NCBI GenBank assembly: GCA_963765765.1
Contig: CAVXYC010000015.1
Coordinates: 448,001-512,000 of the forward strand
Direction: 5' to 3'
Length of the DNA: 64,000 nucleotides
Source: an uncultured Chloroflexia bacterium
GTDB taxonomy: Bacteria; Chloroflexota; UBA6077; JACCZL01
The translations under genes were made by a program, and so were the position numbers. Positions 58,252 through 64,000 of the stretch are shown piece after piece (the first letter of the stretch is position 1; every line of letters starts with the position of its first letter). The notes under the pieces are model-generated. The model did not search any database. It was given only the letters and a program-made list of their open reading frames with translations, and was not told the DNA's origin.

Positions 58252-59124
58252 ATGCCGGAACTCCCTGAGGTTGAAACGCTGAGGCGCGATCTCTCGAGGA
58301 CCCTCGTGGGCCGCACGATTCTGACCGCCACGGCACGCATCCCAAAGCTCTTCGTTGAACCGCCCGGACCTGAGATCCTGGTGGGACACATGATCCTTGA
58401 GCTAAGCCGTCGCGCCAAGTTCTTGATCTGGGAGCTTTCTGGCGATCTCGTCATGGTTATGCATCTAAAGCTTGCCGGTCAGATCATCCACCGCGATGCC
58501 GAGGGGCGAACAATTGCGTCGGGTGGGCATCCTGTCCCCGGCTTCAACGCTCCAATGCCGCACAAGCAGACCAATGCCACATTCACACTTGACGACGGCT
58601 CCACCCTGTATATGACTGATATTCGGCAATTCGCCCGAATTCGAATTCTCTATGCGCACGAGCTCCCGGCGTTCTTGCGAACGTATCGGCTGGGTCCAGA
58701 GCCGCTGACTCGAGCGTTCTCATCACGTGCGCTGGCCAAAGGGCTGTCGCGCCATCCTCGTCTTGCCGTCAAACCGGCGTTGCTGGATCAGCGGACCGTC
58801 GCTGGTCTTGGGAATATCTACGTGGACGAGAGCCTCTGGCAGGCGCGCATCCATCCGGAGCGCCTGGCCGGCTCACTCAGCGAGGAAGAGATTCGCCGTC
58901 TCTCCCGCGCCATCCGAAGCGTGATTGACCATGCAGTCACGAACGGAGTGGCCGAGATCCTGAACGGACGTGCAGCTCCGGAGCATGCCTTTCCGCGTGT
59001 CCACGGTCGCGAGGGCGCACGGTGTCCGCGGTGCCGACGAGAGATTGTAAAGATGCGCGTTGGCGGCCGGGGAACGTACGTCTGTGGTCGCTGTCAACCA
59101 GTACCCCTGAGCGTGAGTGCCTGA
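58252..59124 (+). CDS. mutM: Fpg/Nei DNA glycosylase, copy 1
   Basis: PELPEV, RRAK, GLGNIY and CxxC..RGTY.CxxC zinc finger. Confidence 0.88.
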   Translation: MPELPEVETLRRDLSRTLVGRTILTATARIPKLFVEPPGPEILVGHMILELSRRAKFLIWELSGDLVMVMHLKLAGQIIHRDAEGRTIASGGHPVPGFNAPMPHKQTNATFTLDDGSTLYMTDIRQFARIRILYAHELPAFLRTYRLGPEPLTRAFSSRALAKGLSRHPRLAVKPALLDQRTVAGLGNIYVDESLWQARIHPERLAGSLSEEEIRRLSRAIRSVIDHAVTNGVAEILNGRAAPEHAFPRVHGREGARCPRCRREIVKMRVGGRGTYVCGRCQPVPLSVSA

Positions 59125-59949
59125 GCTTCCGGAGGTCGAGACGACCGTGCGCGGACTTCGTACCGTGCTTGTTGGCCTGGAGTGCGTGGGAGTGCGCGGC
59201 GTGGACTGGCCTCGCATGCTGCCAAACACCAGTGAGGAGATGCTCTCCCAGGTACTGGTAAGCGATCGGGTGAGCGCCGTCGGTCGCCGAGGCAAATACC
59301 TGACGCTTGAGTTTCAAAACGGCCCGCTGTTGGTGATTCACCGCAAGATGGCGGGAAACGTGCTCCTCATGCCGGCTTCTGCGCCTCTGGAGCGACATAC
59401 CCATCTTGCCGTGGCTTTTTCCGGGGATGTCGAAATTCGCCTCGTCGATCCACGCAAGTTCAGCCGTGTGTACCTGTTCGTCGATCCCGATGAAGCGCGT
59501 GCGTTCTTCTCGCTCCGTCTGGGGCTGGACCCGCTGGAGGAGCTTACGTTGGCTGAATTGCGCCGACTGTTGGCGCTGCGTCGCGGCCGATTGAAATCAG
59601 TGTTGCTGGATCAACGAACGTTTCCCGGGTGGGAAACCTCTACTGCGATGAGGCGTTGTGGCGGGCACGCGTGCATCCGCTGCGCTCTGCCGACTCGCTC
59701 TCGCGAGTGGAAACGGGGCGACTGTACGAGTCACTGCGGAGCGTCTTATTGGAGGCGATCGAACGGCGTGGAACGTCGTTCAGTGATTATCGCGACGCAT
59801 CAGGCGAGGCCGGAGAATTCCAGAATCACCTCAACTCGTATGGCCGCGAGGGCCTGCCGTGCCCGCGCTGCCAGCGGCCCATCAAGAAAATCGTGGTCGG
59901 TATGCGCGGGACACACTTTTGCCCGAGGTGTCAGAAGCTGAAGTCATAG
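59117..59949 (+). CDS. mutM: Fpg/Nei DNA glycosylase, copy 2, frameshift at ~59628
   Basis: PELPEV, RRGK and DPRKF, then GNLY..GTSFSDY..CPRC..RGTHFCPRC in another frame. Confidence 0.88.
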
Positions 59950-59997
59950 GAGCCTGGCCTACTATCCCAAAAGGACAACGGCCAGGCTGAACGCTCT

Positions 59998-61257
59998 CTA
60001 CGCCACTAACGAGGCGAGACGCTCCTCGCTGCGGAAGGGACCGACTACGGCGAGCTGACCGCGGTCGGGGGCGAAGACTCGCTCGGCCACTCGCTCGAGA
60101 TCCTCGGCGGTAATGCCATCGATGATCTCAACGACGTCATCCACGGTGAAGACGGAGCCACGCAGAAGCTCCTGACGACCCAGCCATGAAGCCACGGCGC
60201 CCGTGTCCTCCATGCGAAGCTGGACTCGGCCGGTGATGTATCGCCGAGCCTTGCTCAGCTCGCGCTCGGGTAGGGGTTCTCTGATTCCCCGAAGCTCGCG
60301 GCGGATCGCTTTGATCGTCGGAGCAAGCTGCTTCGGGTGAACGCCAGCGCCTACGATGAGCGCCCCATCATCCTGGAATCGGCAGACGTACGAGTGCACG
60401 TCATAGGCGAGTCCAAGCTGCTCTCGAATCTGCATGAAAAGTCGCGAGCTCATACCGTCTCCCAGGACGGTATTGAGAACGTCCAGAGCGAAGCGATCTG
60501 GGTCCATGCTGGAGAGCGCGGGAATTGCGTAGGCGACGTGCGCCTGCTCGGTCTTCTTGGCGCGCAGCCGCACTTCCGGACGGATCCCTCGAATCGTAGC
60601 TGGCTGCCAGGTAGCTTCGGCGCCAGCTTGCCAGTCCGAAAGTAGTGCGCCGACACTATTCATGACCTGCTCGTGGGTCACATTGCCTGCCACTGCGAGC
60701 ACAGTATTGTTCGGCACGTAGTACTGGCCGATGTAGCGGGTCAGATCATCCCGCTTTAGAGATGCGACCGACTCTTTACTCCCACCTACGTCACGCCCAA
60801 GCGGGTGGTCTGGCCAGAGCATCTCGTCCGTGAGCATCGCCACCAGCTCAGAGGGACTGTCCTCAGACATGGCCAGCTCCTCGATCACCACGCTTCGCTC
60901 CTTCTCGAGCTCGTGGGGATCCAGGAGTGAGTTGCGCAGGGTATCGCACAGCACATCCAGGGCTGTATCAAAGTGCTGATGTCCCACCTTCGCGTAGAAG
61001 ACGGTGAGCTCCTTGTCGGTGGCGGCATTGATCACGCCGCCGACTCCCTCGATCTCTTCAGCAACGGCCAAAGGCGAAGGTCGCTTGGCGGTGCCTTTGA
61101 AAAGCATGTGCTCGAGAAAGTGCGAGACACCGGCAATTGAATCTGGCTCGTGGCGCGAGCCAGCGCCTACAAAAAAGGCGATGCTCACTGAGCGAGTGTG
61201 CGGCATGCTGCTCGTGAGCACACGCAGTCCATTATCAAGCACACTACGCTGGTACAT
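59998..61257 (-). CDS. M16-family zinc metallopeptidase
   Basis: HFLEHMLFKGT (HxxEH), INAAT and MSSRLF motifs; start placed at MYQRSVLDNG. Confidence 0.93.
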   Translation of the reverse strand: MYQRSVLDNGLRVLTSSMPHTRSVSIAFFVGAGSRHEPDSIAGVSHFLEHMLFKGTAKRPSPLAVAEEIEGVGGVINAATDKELTVFYAKVGHQHFDTALDVLCDTLRNSLLDPHELEKERSVVIEELAMSEDSPSELVAMLTDEMLWPDHPLGRDVGGSKESVASLKRDDLTRYIGQYYVPNNTVLAVAGNVTHEQVMNSVGALLSDWQAGAEATWQPATIRGIRPEVRLRAKKTEQAHVAYAIPALSSMDPDRFALDVLNTVLGDGMSSRLFMQIREQLGLAYDVHSYVCRFQDDGALIVGAGVHPKQLAPTIKAIRRELRGIREPLPERELSKARRYITGRVQLRMEDTGAVASWLGRQELLRGSVFTVDDVVEIIDGITAEDLERVAERVFAPDRGQLAVVGPFRSEERLASLVA

Positions 61258-61365
61258 GGGCCCCCCGGGGCGCGGAAATCCGAAAGAACAAACTGGACCC
61301 GTTGGGTCCAGCGCGGGTGCATTGTACCCATCTGCTAGGCTCGCCCGCCATTGATTCAATAAGGG

Positions 61366-62817
61366 GTAAGTGTTCAGACTCCGGGGGCGAATTTGTGACG
61401 GGGTCGTGCGGGGTCGGAGCATCACGGTGGCATCACAGGCCGGTACCGTTTGGGCATGGATCCGTATGAGACCCTCACCCGAGAGCAGCTTCTGGCGCTG
61501 GTGCGCGCACAAACCGCTTCCGTGGCGGAGCTCCAAGCAACCCTGAAGCGCCTCGAAGCTCGCATCGAGGAACTGGAGCGCCGCCGGGAGAAAGGCGGTC
61601 CGCGCGGGATGCCCGGCCTGAAACCGTCGCCCGCACCGGGGCGGCCCGCGCCAGAGCCCAGAAAACCCCGGGCGCAGGGCGTCGCCCGGGGGCGGGCGAC
61701 GCCGACAGAGACGGTCGATCATGCTCTGGATCGGTGTCCCGACTGCGGCACCATGCTCAATGGCGGATGGGTGAAACGCACCCGGGAAGTCCTGGAGATC
61801 ACCCCGAGGCCGGCCCGCGTCATCGAGCACCGCTTTCTCGAGCGCGAATGCCCGCTCTGTCGGACGCGCCGGACCCCTGCGGTGGACCTCGGCGAGCGGG
61901 TGCTCGGTCGTCAACGGCTGGGCATCGGCTTGATCAGTCTGATCGTCACGCTGCGCGAAGTCGGCCGTCTGCCGGTGCGGACCATCCAGGCCTATCTGGA
62001 GACGGTCCATCAGCTGCATCTGAGTGTCGGCGCAATTACCGCCGCCAGTCAGCGCGTGGCCCTGGCCGCCGCGGACGAGGTGACGGCCATCCGTGATCAG
62101 ATCCGCGCCAGTCCGGCGGTCCATGCCGATGAGACCGGCTGGCGCACCGCGGGGCGCAATGGCTACATCTGGACCTTCAGCACGCCGCACGCGCGCTACT
62201 TCCTCCACGGGCGCCGCACCAAGGATATGGTTGATACGGCGCTGGGGACGGCGTTCGACGGCGTGCTGTGCAGTGACTTCTACGCCGCGTACACGCATTA
62301 CCCGGGACTCAAGCAACGCTGTTGGGCGCATCTGCTGCGGGAGATCCATGACCTCCAGCAGATCTTCCCGGACGATGCCTCGCTCGGAACCTGGGCCGCG
62401 GCGGTCCACGCGCTGTTCCTGGAAGCTCGCGACACGCTGTGTCCAACGGCGGAGCGACGCGCCCAGGCCGCCGCGGCGTACCGGCGGCGCCTGCTCAATC
62501 TCGTGCGACCCGTCGTGGCGGATCCGGATGCGCCGGCACGGCAGCTGAGCGCCCGCCTCGAGCGTTTCATTGGGGACCTATTCGTGTTCGTGACGGAGCC
62601 CGGCGTTGCCCCGACCAACAATCTGGCGGAGCGCAGCCTGCGGCCGCTGGTCACGCGGCGGAAGATCAGTGGCGGGAGCCGGTCCGCGGCCGGGACCGAG
62701 GCCACGATGGTGCTGGCGAGTCTCTTCGGCACCTGGCAGCTCCAGGCCCAGAACCCGTACACCGCCTGTCGCGACCTACTCAGCCACGTCTAAACCCCTC
62801 CGAGTCTGAACAGTTAC
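61366..62817 (+). mobile_element. IS66-family insertion sequence (single-ORF, ISBst12-like), 1452 bp
   Basis: IRL GTAAGTGTTCAGACTC, IRR GAGTCTGAACAGTTAC; 8-bp direct repeat AATAAGGG at 61358-61365 and 62818-62825. Confidence 0.95.
61456..62793 (+). CDS. IS66-family DDE transposase
   Basis: N-terminal coiled coil, CPDC/CPLC, HADETGW, SDFYAAY, QRCWAHLLR and TNNLAERSLR motifs. Confidence 0.95.
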   Translation: MDPYETLTREQLLALVRAQTASVAELQATLKRLEARIEELERRREKGGPRGMPGLKPSPAPGRPAPEPRKPRAQGVARGRATPTETVDHALDRCPDCGTMLNGGWVKRTREVLEITPRPARVIEHRFLERECPLCRTRRTPAVDLGERVLGRQRLGIGLISLIVTLREVGRLPVRTIQAYLETVHQLHLSVGAITAASQRVALAAADEVTAIRDQIRASPAVHADETGWRTAGRNGYIWTFSTPHARYFLHGRRTKDMVDTALGTAFDGVLCSDFYAAYTHYPGLKQRCWAHLLREIHDLQQIFPDDASLGTWAAAVHALFLEARDTLCPTAERRAQAAAAYRRRLLNLVRPVVADPDAPARQLSARLERFIGDLFVFVTEPGVAPTNNLAERSLRPLVTRRKISGGSRSAAGTEATMVLASLFGTWQLQAQNPYTACRDLLSHV

Positions 62818-62832
62818 AATAAGGGGCCTAGC

Positions 62833-63999
62833 TCAGGGAGCTAGATTGCCAATTTCGTGCCACTCGGTCGGGGATCGACCTCTCTCGGCTGTGCCGACCT
62901 GAATCCGCGTTCCGTCAAGGTCGGAATCCATCAGAGACCGATCGATCCATTCTTGCCCTCGCTGCCATTCATTTGTTGCATACATCTCATCGAGCGGCAT
63001 GGTGGTGACGCGATGCACCTCCTGACCCTCCCCGCTGAGAAAGCGGATCGCTCGGACCTGCGGCCGCGTGGGGCGTCGCAGCGACTCCCATTGGAGGAGA
63101 AGCTCCAGTCCCCCACTAGCTCGACGCACGTCCCAGGCTTGAAGTTGGCCCCAGTCCATTGGAATGGCTGCAGCGCGGGGCAGGACCGTTTCGATGGGCG
63201 TGATCAAGGCCACGTCGGTGCCGGTGGTCCAGATTGTCCCAGGATTCTCCGCCCGGAGCGGGCTGGATCGCCCTTCCAGGTGCGCTCTAGTCTGGTCGTT
63301 GGTGAGATCCAGCAGCCAGTAGCGAGGTAGCGGGTTCACCGGCCATAGAGAGCCGGAGTAGCTCGGCGGGTATACATACAGCTCGGATCGACTTGCCAGG
63401 TACGGCAGCGCCCGCCGGCTGGCCGCCGCGGACACGTCTGGCGGCACTTCTTGCAAAGCGCGCTGAAGCTGTTCTGCGCGTGGAGTCCACACTGTGTCGA
63501 AGGCTTCGTAGTCGCCGCCCCCGGGCAGTGAGCTATCGATGATGAACGATGCAAGCGTGCCCGCCACGATAAAGCCTGCGACCACCCGCCTCGGCCGCTT
63601 GCCCTTGAAGCGTGCGAGGCCGCTGATGGTGGCAAGCCAGATGATGGGCAACGCGGGCCCCACCCAATGGCGACGATAGCGACCTTCGTTGTCAGCGATG
63701 AGCAGGGCGCCGAGCTCCGGGGCTGCCATTGCAAGTACTTGCGGCGCGGCCAGTGCGATGCCTCCGGTGGGTAGAAGGAGCCACTCGGCGGCGAGGGGCA
63801 GGCGCCGCCGGGCGAGCTCTCCTGCAAGCTGCCCGGGATTCGTCCGCAACATGTTGAAATGTCCCACCGTCCGATTCTCGGAACCTGACAAGGTGGACGG
63901 ATCGTGAAACCGTGGCATGACCACGGTGGCCGCCAGCACGACCCAGCCCAGGGCCACCGAGGCGAGCAGCAGGCCCCATCGGCGTGACTGTGAGCTGAA
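62833..63999 (-). CDS. Membrane protein (DUF2079-like), 5' truncated
   Basis: Frame open to the window edge; TM helices followed by a soluble C-terminal domain; family call from recollection. Confidence 0.55.
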   Translation of the reverse strand, partial: FSSQSRRWGLLLASVALGWVVLAATVVMPRFHDPSTLSGSENRTVGHFNMLRTNPGQLAGELARRRLPLAAEWLLLPTGGIALAAPQVLAMAAPELGALLIADNEGRYRRHWVGPALPIIWLATISGLARFKGKRPRRVVAGFIVAGTLASFIIDSSLPGGGDYEAFDTVWTPRAEQLQRALQEVPPDVSAAASRRALPYLASRSELYVYPPSYSGSLWPVNPLPRYWLLDLTNDQTRAHLEGRSSPLRAENPGTIWTTGTDVALITPIETVLPRAAAIPMDWGQLQAWDVRRASGGLELLLQWESLRRPTRPQVRAIRFLSGEGQEVHRVTTMPLDEMYATNEWQRGQEWIDRSLMDSDLDGTRIQVGTAERGRSPTEWHEIGNLAP

Positions 64000-64000
64000 G

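Noticed and set aside
59998-62409. 803-aa ORF suggesting a long N-terminal extension on the M16 peptidase
   Set aside because: The extension is the antisense frame of the GC-rich IS66 transposase; peptidase similarity begins at ATG 61257
1-64000. CRISPR array, tRNA, rRNA, prophage or defence genes
   Set aside because: No regularly spaced direct repeats or recognisable RNA, phage or defence genes seen by eye; covariance-model searches were not run

Overview
GC-rich bacterial window; Chloroflexota-like by gene style (inference, not proven). Bases 1-45.6 kb are a large surface-glycan locus in three blocks (+ 1-15.4 kb, - 15.3-38.0 kb, + 38.3-45.6 kb). It holds neuA/neuB plus a HAD phosphatase, Wzm/Wzt ABC export, a Wzx-like flippase, a Wzy/GT-C-like protein, about 14 GT4 domains, tailoring enzymes (AsnB, three methyltransferases, ChbG-like deacetylase, DegT-like, GNAT), a WecA fusion and two VanZ genes. 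Bases 45.6-64 kb hold a Tat-lipoprotein cyclophilin, a probable selenoprotein disulfide oxidoreductase (UPYC), MscS, GT2, a His-rich small protein, thiL-tsaE-tsaB-rimI-polA, two tandem Fpg genes, an M16 peptidase and an intact IS66-family element with an 8-bp target duplication. Main observation: nearly every sizeable co-directional gap in the glycan operons, most containing a REP-like inverted repeat, is spanned by an unannotated mini-ORF. Each starts on the upstream stop codon and ends at the downstream start codon, suggesting a translational relay. Eight genes carry small frameshifts, mostly at CCGG; these are probably sequencing errors and are the main caveat for the relay model.
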